From a virus: DNA of 29,599 nucleotides. The DNA is taken from IMG/VR virus record IMGVR_UViG_3300028568_000037, one strand, 5' to 3'. Position 1 is the first letter of the stretch, and each line of letters opens with the position of its first letter. Under the pieces are notes generated by a model. It was not told the origin of the DNA and did not search any database. It worked only from the letters and a program-made list of their open reading frames with translations. A program made the position numbers and the translations under genes. This document shows positions 8,327-17,510 of this stretch, piece after piece.

Positions 8327-9784
8327 TTATCGTCTTCCTCCTGAAGTACTTCTTGAATTATTTGAAGAACTAGAACTATTTGAATTTGAAGAACTTCCGC
8401 TACTATAACTTGAGCCTGAACTTCGGCTTGGCGTAGAGTAACTTGGGCTGCTACTTCTTGAAGGTGTAGAGTAATTCGAGCTTGAACTTCTAGTTGAAGT
8501 ACTTACTGAACGATTTGGCGTAGGATAATCTTGTCTACTTGGTGTATTGTAAGTTCTTGATTGTGTAGTTGTTCTAGTTTGCGTTGAAACTGTATTTCTT
8601 GAAGGAGCTGTAGTATTTCCCTGTTGAACAGCTCTGCGGTTTTCAGGAGTTGTATACGTAGGCTTACTTACAAAATCCTCTTCTTTATATGATTTCTGTG
8701 CAGGAGTAGTATTAAAATCTGGCCTTTTGTTTATATTCGGTTTATTATAAGAAGGTGTATAAGATCTTCCCGATTCAGTATATGTAGTTCTTGAATTAGG
8801 AGAAGTTTCACTTCTTCTTGTCTGAGTTTGAGTCTGGGCACTAGTTCGATTATTCGTAGTTGAACTTTGTTGCGTTTGTGTAGTAACTGTACTTCTTCGA
8901 GTCTGAGGCTGAATAGTAGTACCGGTTAATGTACTTTTATTTTCAGGTGATATTGCAATTCTTCGACCTCCTTCATTTATTCCTACAACTTTGCCGCTGC
9001 TTTTATCAACCTGAACAGTTCGATTAACTACCACAGGTTGTTTACCGGCTAAAGTCGAAGAACTTGTTCTACGTCCTATAGAATAATTTATGTTAGTATT
9101 CAACAAAGAATTGCTTCTGTTATTCATATTTATGCTTGAATATCTAAAATTAGAATTTAAACCATTATAACCATAATAGTAATAATTATTTATGTAATAT
9201 TTATCATGCGATCTATAGTTATTATATCCCCAATATGGGTACCAATAATAGTAACGATATGGTCTATAATACCAAGAATCCCAGTACCAGTAATCCCAAT
9301 ACCATGAGTTCCATCCTCTGTCATAAAAATAAAAGGGATCATAATAAAATGGGTTATAGTAATAATTAAATCTCCAATAAGGATAAAATGTAGGACTATG
9401 GAATCTATAAATTAATGATGAATAGTAGAGATCGTTATAAACCTCTTTTTTTGCATCATAATAAAGAGAATCCTGATAAAGTCTTAGTTCTTTTTGTTCA
9501 AGACGAATTTCTTTTTTCTTAAGTTTCAATTCTTCTTTTTTACGATCTAAGTCTTCTCGACTTGGGATGTAATAAACATCATCGTTTTCAGGTTTTTGTT
9601 CTTTAATAAATACAGTATCATATACGAATACAGTATCAGGAGTAGCAATTGTTTTGCCAAGAAGTTGAGCCTCTTTAGCATAATAATACTTTTCATAATC
9701 CGACATCCCGGCGGTGTCGATTGTTTGCGCCATTGCCGTTAATCCGAAGATTAATAAAACAATTGGTAAAAGTAACTTTTTCAT
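8327..9784 (-). CDS. Secreted protein with a Tyr/Trp-rich core and an Arg/Ser/Thr-rich disordered tail (Bacteroidota type, often mislabelled vitellogenin II-like)
   Basis: Start placed at ATG 9784 (MKKLLLPIVLLIFGLTAMA|Q signal peptide) rather than 9847; SDYEKYY and NDDVYY motifs, aromatic block, Ser-rich tail ending SGGRR. Confidence 0.7.
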   Translation of the reverse strand: MKKLLLPIVLLIFGLTAMAQTIDTAGMSDYEKYYYAKEAQLLGKTIATPDTVFVYDTVFIKEQKPENDDVYYIPSREDLDRKKEELKLKKKEIRLEQKELRLYQDSLYYDAKKEVYNDLYYSSLIYRFHSPTFYPYWRFNYYYNPFYYDPFYFYDRGWNSWYWDYWYWDSWYYRPYRYYYWYPYWGYNNYRSHDKYYINNYYYYGYNGLNSNFRYSSINMNNRSNSLLNTNINYSIGRRTSSSTLAGKQPVVVNRTVQVDKSSGKVVGINEGGRRIAISPENKSTLTGTTIQPQTRRSTVTTQTQQSSTTNNRTSAQTQTQTRRSETSPNSRTTYTESGRSYTPSYNKPNINKRPDFNTTPAQKSYKEEDFVSKPTYTTPENRRAVQQGNTTAPSRNTVSTQTRTTTQSRTYNTPSRQDYPTPNRSVSTSTRSSSSNYSTPSRSSSPSYSTPSRSSGSSYSSGSSSNSNSSSSSNNSRSTSGGRR

Positions 9785-9867
9785 AATTTTTATTATTTTT
9801 GTTAGGATGGATATTCCTATTCTAAAATTCTTCAAAGATTGTACCAATGATATATGCTTATCAAAAA

Positions 9868-9915
9868 TTTAACAAAACTTTAACAATTTTATGTAATTTT
9901 AACAAAATTTTAAAA
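9868..9915. promoter_or_regulatory. Tandem TTTAACA direct-repeat boxes with 11-bp spacing in a divergent intergenic region
   Basis: TTTAACA at 9868 and 9879; TTTAACA at 9898 with TTTAAAA at 9909. Confidence 0.4.
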
Positions 9916-10028
9916 TATTTTACATATAAATTATATAAAAGCGTGTAGATTATCTACTTTAAGCATATTCTTTAAAATTTGCATAACTGCAAAAAAATAA
10001 TGAATATATAGAATAAAATAATTATATT

Positions 10029-10592
10029 ATGAAGAAATTCGGAGATGTTTATAAACAAAAGTTATTTGAAGCACGAGTTCGTCAGGAATCTAAAATTTTA
10101 GAGGACTTTAGACTCGTATATAATGCATTGACAGAAAATTATGGTATTACATCCGTTTATCACTTAGATGAAAAAACTCAGTTATCTTTTTTAACTGAAT
10201 TAAGTGACTATTGGACTGAAGAATCCGGAATTACTGAAAAGGGTATAAATTTTCTTAATAAACGTTCAATGACTATTAATGAAAACTCTACGACCATTCA
10301 AAAGAAAAACTTTCTTAGAGAGAAAACCTATGCTGCTATAAATGAAACTTTTAGAAAATCAAATCTTAAATATAATATCTATGATGTTATAGACGAAATG
10401 TATCATCAGATGAAAGCAACTGATTTAGGTGATATTTTAACTCCTGAAACTATTACTAATGTTATATCTGAGTCTTTACAAAAATCTGTTTCCGAGTTTA
10501 CAGCAAATATTAGAAAAGAGTTGACTGAAAGTACTAAAAAAAGATATTTTGGAAAAGCTGTTATAAATGAAAGTAGAAAGAGAAGAAGATAA
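10029..10592 (+). CDS. Hypothetical late protein, probable head-associated/internal protein
   Basis: Preceded by the promoter variant TGAATATATAGAATA (10001-10015); leader MKKFGDVYKQKLFEA; internal INEN, LTES and INES sites. Confidence 0.65.
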   Translation: MKKFGDVYKQKLFEARVRQESKILEDFRLVYNALTENYGITSVYHLDEKTQLSFLTELSDYWTEESGITEKGINFLNKRSMTINENSTTIQKKNFLREKTYAAINETFRKSNLKYNIYDVIDEMYHQMKATDLGDILTPETITNVISESLQKSVSEFTANIRKELTESTKKRYFGKAVINESRKRRR

Positions 10593-10620
10593 TTTTAAAA
10601 ACTTAAGAACTAAAGATTTT

Positions 10621-10641
10621 GGGGCGATAAGCCCCTTTTTT
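10621..10641 (+). terminator. Intrinsic terminator
   Basis: GGGGC-GATAA-GCCCC stem-loop followed by 6 T. Confidence 0.8.
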
Positions 10642-10648
10642 ATGAATA

Positions 10649-10656
10649 TATAAATA
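10649..10656 (+). promoter_or_regulatory. T4-type late promoter TATAAATA
   Basis: Exact octamer right after the terminator and upstream of ATG 10676. Confidence 0.7.
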
Positions 10657-10675
10657 AACCTAAAATAAATTAGTT

Positions 10676-12499
10676 ATGATAAACCGATTATCACAGATCT
10701 TAGAGAAAAAAGGATCTAAATATGTCGATACTCTCTTAAGTGAAAATGTTGTCATTACTGAAAAAATTGACACGTTTAGAATAATATTTGAGAAAAAGGG
10801 TGATGAGCTTATATTTTATAAAAAAGATAATACGCCGATTACACTTATCGAAAGAGTCCTTACGGACATATATGAAGACGCGTTATTGGAAATTCCTATT
10901 ATTACGAAGGAAGCAGAAATCCCAGAAGGATATTACTTTGGACTTTATTATACGCCGGTTGAAAGGCCTTTAAGAATTCCATACTCCGGACTTCCTAAGT
11001 ACATTTTAACTGATATAACAAAAAGGGATAAAAATAATAAAGTTGTCGAGTCTTTAGATTATGAATCACTTAGAGAATGGGCAGCAGTGTTATGCATGGG
11101 AAGACCTCCTGTTATATTTGAAGGAAAATTGAACGAAGAACAAAAAAACCTTCTTCTTTCTTATGATTTAAGAGAATATAAAGGTGAATCGAAAACATTC
11201 TCTGAAATGATTCATAATGTTTTTAATGCATTATACTCAAAAGAAAATATAATAGAAGGCGTGGTTATTAAATCCGGTAATAAGCTTTCTCAGGTTATTT
11301 CTTATGAGTTTGATCTTCTTAATGAAGCCTATGAAAAAGCAAATGAATCTCGTGATTTTTATGATATTACAATCTCGGATGTCCTTGAGTTTTTAGAAGA
11401 TTATAACATTCCTATATTAGAGGCTGAAAATAAAGATGAACTATATCTCAATATTATATGTAATATATTTAATGATTACTGTGATAAGAGAACTGTTAAT
11501 GAAAATGTAGACGAAAAGTATCTTATGCCTCCACAGTTTGGTTACGGTGGAAAACTAAATAAAAAATTGATTACTAACGAAGAAACTTTAGAATGGGTTA
11601 ATAAAGCACCTATTTACGAAGCTTTATTCAAAGTTTTTGTTTCATCATTTAGAAAAACTAAAAAGCCTTATGGGCTTTTAACTGAAGCTATCACAGACAG
11701 ATTTAATTCATATGTTAAACTTATAAATGGATATATTAACAAATTTGATAATGTAGAAGAACTTAATGAAGAAGAAGTTTGTTTAACAAATGAAGAAAAT
11801 GAGTTGTTTGAATCTCGTTCAGATAATATCGTCATTAAAGCGGTTAAACGTAGAACTCCTAATGATATTGATAATATGAGAGTTATAGCTTCTATCCAAA
11901 AGGCATTTGAACCAAAGATAAGAGACGTAAATAGAGGCGAAAAACCTTGTGCAGTGTATCTTACGACATTTGAACCTTTTACAAATGCACAAATGACAAA
12001 TGTTCATAGAATGCATGATATGTGGAAATGTCCTGTAATAGTGATGGGCATTAGTAATGAATATAAAATTGAAGGAAAAAACTTCCATGCATCAGACGAA
12101 TTAATGAAAGCACAGATGCAACTTCTTATGAATAACGATAATGCGCTTATTTCTGGGTTTGCTCTTCTTACATCGTGGAATATTACAGAGGTCTTTGAAT
12201 ATTGTCGTCCAGAGTTTGAGCCAATAGTTATTATTACAGATCAGGGAAAAAAGGCGGAATTAACATTACAGTTATTTCTTGAAGAAGAGATTATGGGAGG
12301 AAGAATAAATGTTGATGATAACTTTAACATAGGAGAACTTGAAAATGAAGATCGCTTAACAACATTTAGAGCAATAGAAGATAACAACTATTCTTTATTT
12401 AAAGAACTTACGCCTTCGCCTATTCATAATATCATGGATCAGATATTTTCTGAGTATCGTTATTGGAGTGGGCAGATCTTAAAGGCCATTAAGGATTGA
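10676..12499 (+). CDS. Fusion of a degenerate RNA-ligase-like domain (N-terminal) and a degenerate HIGH nucleotidyltransferase-like domain (C-terminal)
   Basis: VITEKIDT (motif I KxDG with G to T), IIEGVVIK (motif IV); C-terminal CAVYLTTFEPFTNAQ aligns by pattern with the GRFQPFHxGH signature but lacks the His residues. Confidence 0.55.
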   Translation: MINRLSQILEKKGSKYVDTLLSENVVITEKIDTFRIIFEKKGDELIFYKKDNTPITLIERVLTDIYEDALLEIPIITKEAEIPEGYYFGLYYTPVERPLRIPYSGLPKYILTDITKRDKNNKVVESLDYESLREWAAVLCMGRPPVIFEGKLNEEQKNLLLSYDLREYKGESKTFSEMIHNVFNALYSKENIIEGVVIKSGNKLSQVISYEFDLLNEAYEKANESRDFYDITISDVLEFLEDYNIPILEAENKDELYLNIICNIFNDYCDKRTVNENVDEKYLMPPQFGYGGKLNKKLITNEETLEWVNKAPIYEALFKVFVSSFRKTKKPYGLLTEAITDRFNSYVKLINGYINKFDNVEELNEEEVCLTNEENELFESRSDNIVIKAVKRRTPNDIDNMRVIASIQKAFEPKIRDVNRGEKPCAVYLTTFEPFTNAQMTNVHRMHDMWKCPVIVMGISNEYKIEGKNFHASDELMKAQMQLLMNNDNALISGFALLTSWNITEVFEYCRPEFEPIVIITDQGKKAELTLQLFLEEEIMGGRINVDDNFNIGELENEDRLTTFRAIEDNNYSLFKELTPSPIHNIMDQIFSEYRYWSGQILKAIKD

Positions 12500-12520
12500 G
12501 ATAAATAAAATAAAATTAAT

Positions 12521-13069
12521 ATGAAAGCATTAGACTTAGTAGTAGGACGTAAAGTTAAAATTTTAAGAGGCAGATATGCCGGACAAACCGGTATCATTGC
12601 AGATTTTAACATAAAAGATGATCAAGTGGATGTTCAGCTTGATAATTCTGATAAAATTTGCTATCTTGGTCTTGATGACATACGATTAATTGACCCATAT
12701 AAACTTGCATTTAGAAGAAAAAATGAAAACCAAAATAATAAAATTAATATGAAAAATTTAGTATTTGAATCACTCAATGAGTTATTTGAGTCAAAAAAGG
12801 CACAGGCTACTAAGCCCGTAAAAGAAGATAAGTCTAAGCCAGTAAATCCTGCTAGAGAAAAAGCTAAACTCGAAAAAAGTAAAGCAATAAAATTAAAGAA
12901 TCAACCTAAAAAAGAAAAATATGAACAAGCAATTAAAGCACTAGAAGCTGAAATCGTAAAAGCTAAAAAACCCGGAGCATTTAAACTTGTTTCTGACAAA
13001 AAAATGAAAATTAAAGAACTTCAAGATAAAATTAATGCATGGAAAAAGAAATTAGCAGATCTTGATTAA
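12521..13069 (+). CDS. KOW/SH3-like domain fused to a basic coiled-coil protein; probable internal start at 12749
   Basis: KOW pattern VGRKVKILRGRYAGQTGII; internal MKNLVFESLNELFESKK preceded by the same TAAAATTAATATGAAA context as the ATG at 12521. Confidence 0.6.
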   Translation: MKALDLVVGRKVKILRGRYAGQTGIIADFNIKDDQVDVQLDNSDKICYLGLDDIRLIDPYKLAFRRKNENQNNKINMKNLVFESLNELFESKKAQATKPVKEDKSKPVNPAREKAKLEKSKAIKLKNQPKKEKYEQAIKALEAEIVKAKKPGAFKLVSDKKMKIKELQDKINAWKKKLADLD

Positions 13070-13085
13070 AAATAAATTAAAAAGT

Positions 13086-14978
13086 ATGAGAACTTTCTTA
13101 AGTGAACAGGAACAAATATATAGTGAGCAACACGCAAAAGAATTATTAGCTATACAGGCTAATTATAATAAAAAACTTGAACAATTAAACACAGAACTTG
13201 CAAAACAAAAATCTGATTTAATGATAAAGCACATGAAGATTGCTCAACAACAAGCCGCAGCTGCGCAGTTAAAACAAAAAACTAAGATAGAGCCTCAGCA
13301 ACAAGTTGTTGCTAAAACTGGAACTGTCGATACAGCCGGAAATCCTGTTACTTCTAAGGGAGGGACTCCAACAGTAGAATCTATTAATATTCTTCGAGTA
13401 AATCCTATTGTGGAGGACGAACAAGTAAGGTACGGCAACCCTTATGTAAAAAGCGATATGCGTAATTGGTATCAGAAACCTCCGACTGGTGGTCATCCTG
13501 AAGAAAAACCAAAGGTTAAAAGAAAACCTTCTATGACGTATAAACGTAAGATGCAGATTCAAGATCTTCAATACGAGATTCAAGACTTTAAGGATGAGAT
13601 TAAATGGACAAAGGAAAAATTTCAAACTCCAACTTACGAAGGCATTGAAGGAGAAATTGAAAACTTCTTTGGAGAAATTGGCCCCGAAGCCTCAGAAATT
13701 CTTAATTCCGGTGCTTATAAAAGTGATGCCGAAATAATACAAGCCTTAAAAGACGTTGGCGTTAAAGATGCAAAGGAAACATTGGAAAATTATTATTATT
13801 ATTATCCTGAATATAATCCTAAATTAGCAGTAGAAAGAAGAAAATCTCGAGAACAAATTAGAAAACTCGAACTTGAAATTCAAAAACGTCAGGATAAAAT
13901 CGATAAGATGTATTCAATGTATGAATCCACATTTAGCACCCAAGGCGTTAATGACGAGGAATATCATGAACTTAAGAATTATCTTGATGCGGAAAACATT
14001 AGTTATTTTGAGGATGAGGATGGCACAGAAATAGATTTTGATGACACAGAACTTGATGCTGAATGGCAAGATCGATTAGAAGAAATTGGCCTTGAATATG
14101 TTAGAGATTTTGAAGAAGATGAACCTAAAACTGATGACATTCTTTCAGTAGAAGATGAAGACCAATACGATGAAGAAGACATCACCGATACAGACGAAAA
14201 AATCGATAACGAAAAAGTTTTCTATGTTAAAGTAGAAGATGAAGGCGAAGCATTCGTAGGAAAAATCTACAAGTTATTCGACGAAGGCGATTGGAGATCA
14301 AAAATAGTTGATGGCGATTCAGAAACTTTTGAAAAACTAAATTATGACCCCGATTGGGACGAATTTGATATAATCGCATTCTTAAGAGAAAACTATGCAG
14401 ATGCAGAACTTGTATCAGAAGATGAATTCAATGACCACGCTGAAAATCCCGAAGTAGAACCTGAAAATGTTGAAGAAAGTTGGGCAGCCGTTGCTCGAGT
14501 TGCTGCGCCTATAGTAAAAAAAGGCGTTGAAGCAGCTGCTATAAAGGCTGGAATGAATTTAGCTGATAAAGTAACAAAAACCCCGCCTGCAGAACCAATT
14601 GAAGAAGATAACGAAGAGGAAATTGAAGAAAATGTTCATTCGATTCCTACATTAGATGATTATTTATTGGAAGCTTCTAAATCTCTTCCTGGCGAATATC
14701 CAAACAAAGGAGATGAGTTTGAAATACTTGCTGAATTTTGGCCAGGAAATCCTTACAATCATTTATCATTAACAATTGGAACTCATACGCGAAATTTATC
14801 TGGAACTGATAAGTATGAATTTAAAATTGGCGATATAATTACATATGATAGAGACAATGGTTGGGATACTTCATTCTGGAAAACGCCGGACGGCCGAGAA
14901 GGACGAATCTATTCTCTTCCACGAAGTTTAGTTAAAGAAAAAATACTTAAAAAAGTAGGACCAAAATTTTATCGATAA
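13086..14978 (+). CDS. Multi-module late protein (coiled-coil, acidic and beta-rich modules), probable internal head polyprotein
   Basis: ATG 13086 preferred over TTG 13062, which overlaps the upstream stop. Leader MRTFLSEQ; repeated TVES, MYES, VEES, IEEN and YLLEAS sites between modules. Confidence 0.6.
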   Translation: MRTFLSEQEQIYSEQHAKELLAIQANYNKKLEQLNTELAKQKSDLMIKHMKIAQQQAAAAQLKQKTKIEPQQQVVAKTGTVDTAGNPVTSKGGTPTVESINILRVNPIVEDEQVRYGNPYVKSDMRNWYQKPPTGGHPEEKPKVKRKPSMTYKRKMQIQDLQYEIQDFKDEIKWTKEKFQTPTYEGIEGEIENFFGEIGPEASEILNSGAYKSDAEIIQALKDVGVKDAKETLENYYYYYPEYNPKLAVERRKSREQIRKLELEIQKRQDKIDKMYSMYESTFSTQGVNDEEYHELKNYLDAENISYFEDEDGTEIDFDDTELDAEWQDRLEEIGLEYVRDFEEDEPKTDDILSVEDEDQYDEEDITDTDEKIDNEKVFYVKVEDEGEAFVGKIYKLFDEGDWRSKIVDGDSETFEKLNYDPDWDEFDIIAFLRENYADAELVSEDEFNDHAENPEVEPENVEESWAAVARVAAPIVKKGVEAAAIKAGMNLADKVTKTPPAEPIEEDNEEEIEENVHSIPTLDDYLLEASKSLPGEYPNKGDEFEILAEFWPGNPYNHLSLTIGTHTRNLSGTDKYEFKIGDIITYDRDNGWDTSFWKTPDGREGRIYSLPRSLVKEKILKKVGPKFYR

Positions 14979-14986
14979 TTAGATTT

Positions 14987-15008
14987 AAGGGAACGTAAGT
15001 TCCCTTTT
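14987..15008 (+). terminator. Intrinsic terminator with a GNRA loop
   Basis: AAGGGAAC-GTAA-GTTCCCTT followed by a T-rich tract. Confidence 0.8.
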
Positions 15009-15109
15009 ATTTTATTTGTTATACAGAAGATACATGTTACAATTAGTTTCCTAAGTTGTTATATTGATAGTGAATATATATATTTTATTAAACCAAAATA
15101 ATGTTAATT

Positions 15110-17113
15110 ATGAGTAAAAATTATGTTCCAAAAACTCTTACAGAGTTTATAACAGAATCACGATCAATACCTCTAAAACGTAAATATGGAGAAAGACCTG
15201 CCATTACAGCAGGGGCCAATGCTCCTATTCGTAATCAGGTTTTATCGTATGTTGCCGAGAGTGGCTCAGTATCAAAAATAGATCTTAAGAAATTTATTGT
15301 TGGGCTTAGAGAAGGTGGTTCAACGCCTGCAGCTGCTAATATGTTCATTAAAAGAAACGCTAAATACTTTGTAACAGAAAACAAAAATGGTGTTACTTAT
15401 TTTAAACTTTCTGATTTAGGACAAAGATTAGTGAATCAATTTATTATTTCTCATGAAGGTAATGTATCAGAAGCTGTTAAAGAAGCAAGAACCAAAGTAT
15501 CTGCAATTTTTAAATCAAGAAAACGCGGAAATATCTTGAATGAAGATGAAGAAACACCAGAATTTGAAGTTCCAGAAGATGAAGAATTTGAAGATATGGA
15601 TAATGAAGGCCCTGCAGCTGAAATAGGTTTTGACGATGATAAAGAAGACTTTGACCTTGAACAAGATGAAGATGATCTTGAAAATGAAGATGAAACAATC
15701 GAAGAACTTAAAGATCGAGTAGCTAAGCTTGAAGCACAGCTTGCAGAACTTTTAGATCTTGAAAAAGAAGAACATCCAGAACTCAATGATGAAGATGAAG
15801 AAGACTACGATGAAGACGAAGAGTTCGATGATCTAGAAAATGAAGACATGGAAGACGAAGAGTTCGATGATACTGTTATAGACGAGGACGAATTTGAAAA
15901 CATGGATGAAGTTGACAATTTTCAAACAAGAAAATATGATTTTAAAGATAAAGGACGTCCGGGTTTATATGATATGGATGAATCTATGAATGAAAATTGG
16001 GATGATGAAGATGACTATGGCGATGACTTATCTGAGTATGAATGGGAAGTAGGTTCAGCGTTATACACCCAACTAGAAGATAGCAATATTGAATTTGATG
16101 AAGACAATTTAGGTGATGCTCTTTATGACAAAATGGACTTTATACCACGTTGTATGAAGAAAGGCCTAAGTCCTTTAGACTGTGCACTTAAGCTAATGAA
16201 GGATAAAGAATTTATGTCACAGATAGTTGATGAAGATGACTTTTCAGAAAGCTTTAAAGGCAATAAAGTAAATACTTCTCGTATGAAAGCTATCATTGAA
16301 AATCTTAGAGTAAGAACCATTAATGAGGCAGCTGAAATTGATGATGAAGATGAATTAAAAGATGAAGACTTAGATTCTTTAGATTTAGATGATGAAACTC
16401 CAGAAACTGATGATGAAACTGCTACAACACTTGATGGCGATGAAGAAGTCGAAAAAGTTGAAATAACAGAATTTATTATTACTGTAGATGATGTGGACGT
16501 AGCTATCGAAGAATTGGCAAATCTTGGGGTAACTGCAGAAAGAGTTGAAGTTGAACCTAAGGAAGAAGAAGTTCCTGTGGATATTGATGAACCCGAAGAT
16601 GATGAAAAGCCAGCTGAAGGAGAAGATGAAGATGATGAAATCGATGTTGACGTAGATCTTGATAAGGATACTTCTGAATCACTTAGAGCATTCATTAAAG
16701 CCAATTATCTTACTGAAGATGAAGAAGAAAAATCTGCCGAAGAAATTGGAACAAGTGATGAACTTGGATTAGGAGATCAGGGACAAGAAGCAACAGAACT
16801 TAATGATAAACCAACAGAAGACGAAGAATCTTTAGATGCAACAACCGAATTTGAAGAAAATAAAATTAAAGTTAAAGCTGAAGATTGGGACATTCTTAAA
16901 GGTTGGCTCGAAGAAAAAGGAGTAGACGTTAAAGAAATGTTCGGAGGCGATATTGAAACCGAAGAATTTGATAACGAAGATGATGCTAAAGATATTGTGC
17001 CTTCAAATAGTGAAATAAGTGATGATGAAATTGATTTTACGGGAATAGGTGATGATGACAAAACAAAGATTAAAGATGAAAAAACCGAGAAAACCAATGA
17101 ATATATAAAATAA
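15110..17113 (+). CDS. Very acidic late protein (prohead core/scaffold-like or internal protein) with a basic N-terminal domain
   Basis: Leader SKNYVPKTLTEFITES resembles the T4 internal-protein leader MKTYQEFIAE. Roughly 500 residues are dominated by D/E, with ILNE, MNEN, FSES, TINEA and YLTE sites. ATG 15110 preferred; ATG 15101 is possible. Confidence 0.65.
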   Translation: MSKNYVPKTLTEFITESRSIPLKRKYGERPAITAGANAPIRNQVLSYVAESGSVSKIDLKKFIVGLREGGSTPAAANMFIKRNAKYFVTENKNGVTYFKLSDLGQRLVNQFIISHEGNVSEAVKEARTKVSAIFKSRKRGNILNEDEETPEFEVPEDEEFEDMDNEGPAAEIGFDDDKEDFDLEQDEDDLENEDETIEELKDRVAKLEAQLAELLDLEKEEHPELNDEDEEDYDEDEEFDDLENEDMEDEEFDDTVIDEDEFENMDEVDNFQTRKYDFKDKGRPGLYDMDESMNENWDDEDDYGDDLSEYEWEVGSALYTQLEDSNIEFDEDNLGDALYDKMDFIPRCMKKGLSPLDCALKLMKDKEFMSQIVDEDDFSESFKGNKVNTSRMKAIIENLRVRTINEAAEIDDEDELKDEDLDSLDLDDETPETDDETATTLDGDEEVEKVEITEFIITVDDVDVAIEELANLGVTAERVEVEPKEEEVPVDIDEPEDDEKPAEGEDEDDEIDVDVDLDKDTSESLRAFIKANYLTEDEEEKSAEEIGTSDELGLGDQGQEATELNDKPTEDEESLDATTEFEENKIKVKAEDWDILKGWLEEKGVDVKEMFGGDIETEEFDNEDDAKDIVPSNSEISDDEIDFTGIGDDDKTKIKDEKTEKTNEYIK

Positions 17114-17122
17114 ATTATTACT

Positions 17123-17431
17123 ATGAAAGCAAAATTGGTTAAAGAATCTTTGAACGAAAGTATAATTGATACAGAGGTTGAAATGACTGAAATGGAAATT
17201 GATACTGAGAATTTAACAGCTACTTTAATATTTGATCTTGATGGTTGGGATGATGAAGAAGCTGCATTGGCACAAATAGAAGCTTTTGCAGAAGGTACGC
17301 ATGATCTAATAGATTATGATGAACTTGAGCATGTATTATTTAAACATGGTTATTATATAGATGAAACTAAAAGCTGGGAATTTGATGAAGACGTATTTCC
17401 TACAGTAACTATTTATATTAGACCTCGTTAA
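17123..17431 (+). CDS. Small acidic late protein with a MKAKLVKESLNE leader
   Basis: The leader is near-identical to that of the ORF at 28112; the promoter variant GAATATATAAAATAAA overlaps the upstream stop. Confidence 0.7.
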   Translation: MKAKLVKESLNESIIDTEVEMTEMEIDTENLTATLIFDLDGWDDEEAALAQIEAFAEGTHDLIDYDELEHVLFKHGYYIDETKSWEFDEDVFPTVTIYIRPR

Positions 17432-17456
17432 AAATTATAGGCTATATAATTAAATT

Positions 17457-17481
17457 AAAAGGGGCTTAACCGGCTCCTTTT
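17457..17481 (+). terminator. Intrinsic terminator
   Basis: AAAAGGGGC-TTAACCG-GCTCCTTTT stem (one G-U pair) with a T-tract. Confidence 0.75.
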
Positions 17482-17491
17482 GTTTTGAATA

Positions 17492-17499
17492 TATAAATA
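17492..17499 (+). promoter_or_regulatory. T4-type late promoter TATAAATA
   Basis: Exact octamer between the terminator and ATG 17511. Confidence 0.7.
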
Positions 17500-17510
17500 A
17501 AATTATTATA

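Noticed and set aside
9785-9847. N-terminal extension of the secreted protein to ATG 9847
   Set aside because: The signal peptide begins at MKKLLL (9784), which has a typical A-rich upstream context.
9945-9957. Palindrome GTAGAT-T-ATCTAC as an operator
   Set aside because: Single short occurrence with no second copy seen in the window, so not supportable.
13269-17097. Ser-rich minus-strand ORFs (13269-13625, 14003-14185, 15451-15786, 15510-15698, 16123-16704, 16777-17097)
   Set aside because: Shadow frames of GAA/GAT-rich acidic genes, whose reverse complement gives Ser/Phe/Ile runs; no independent signals.
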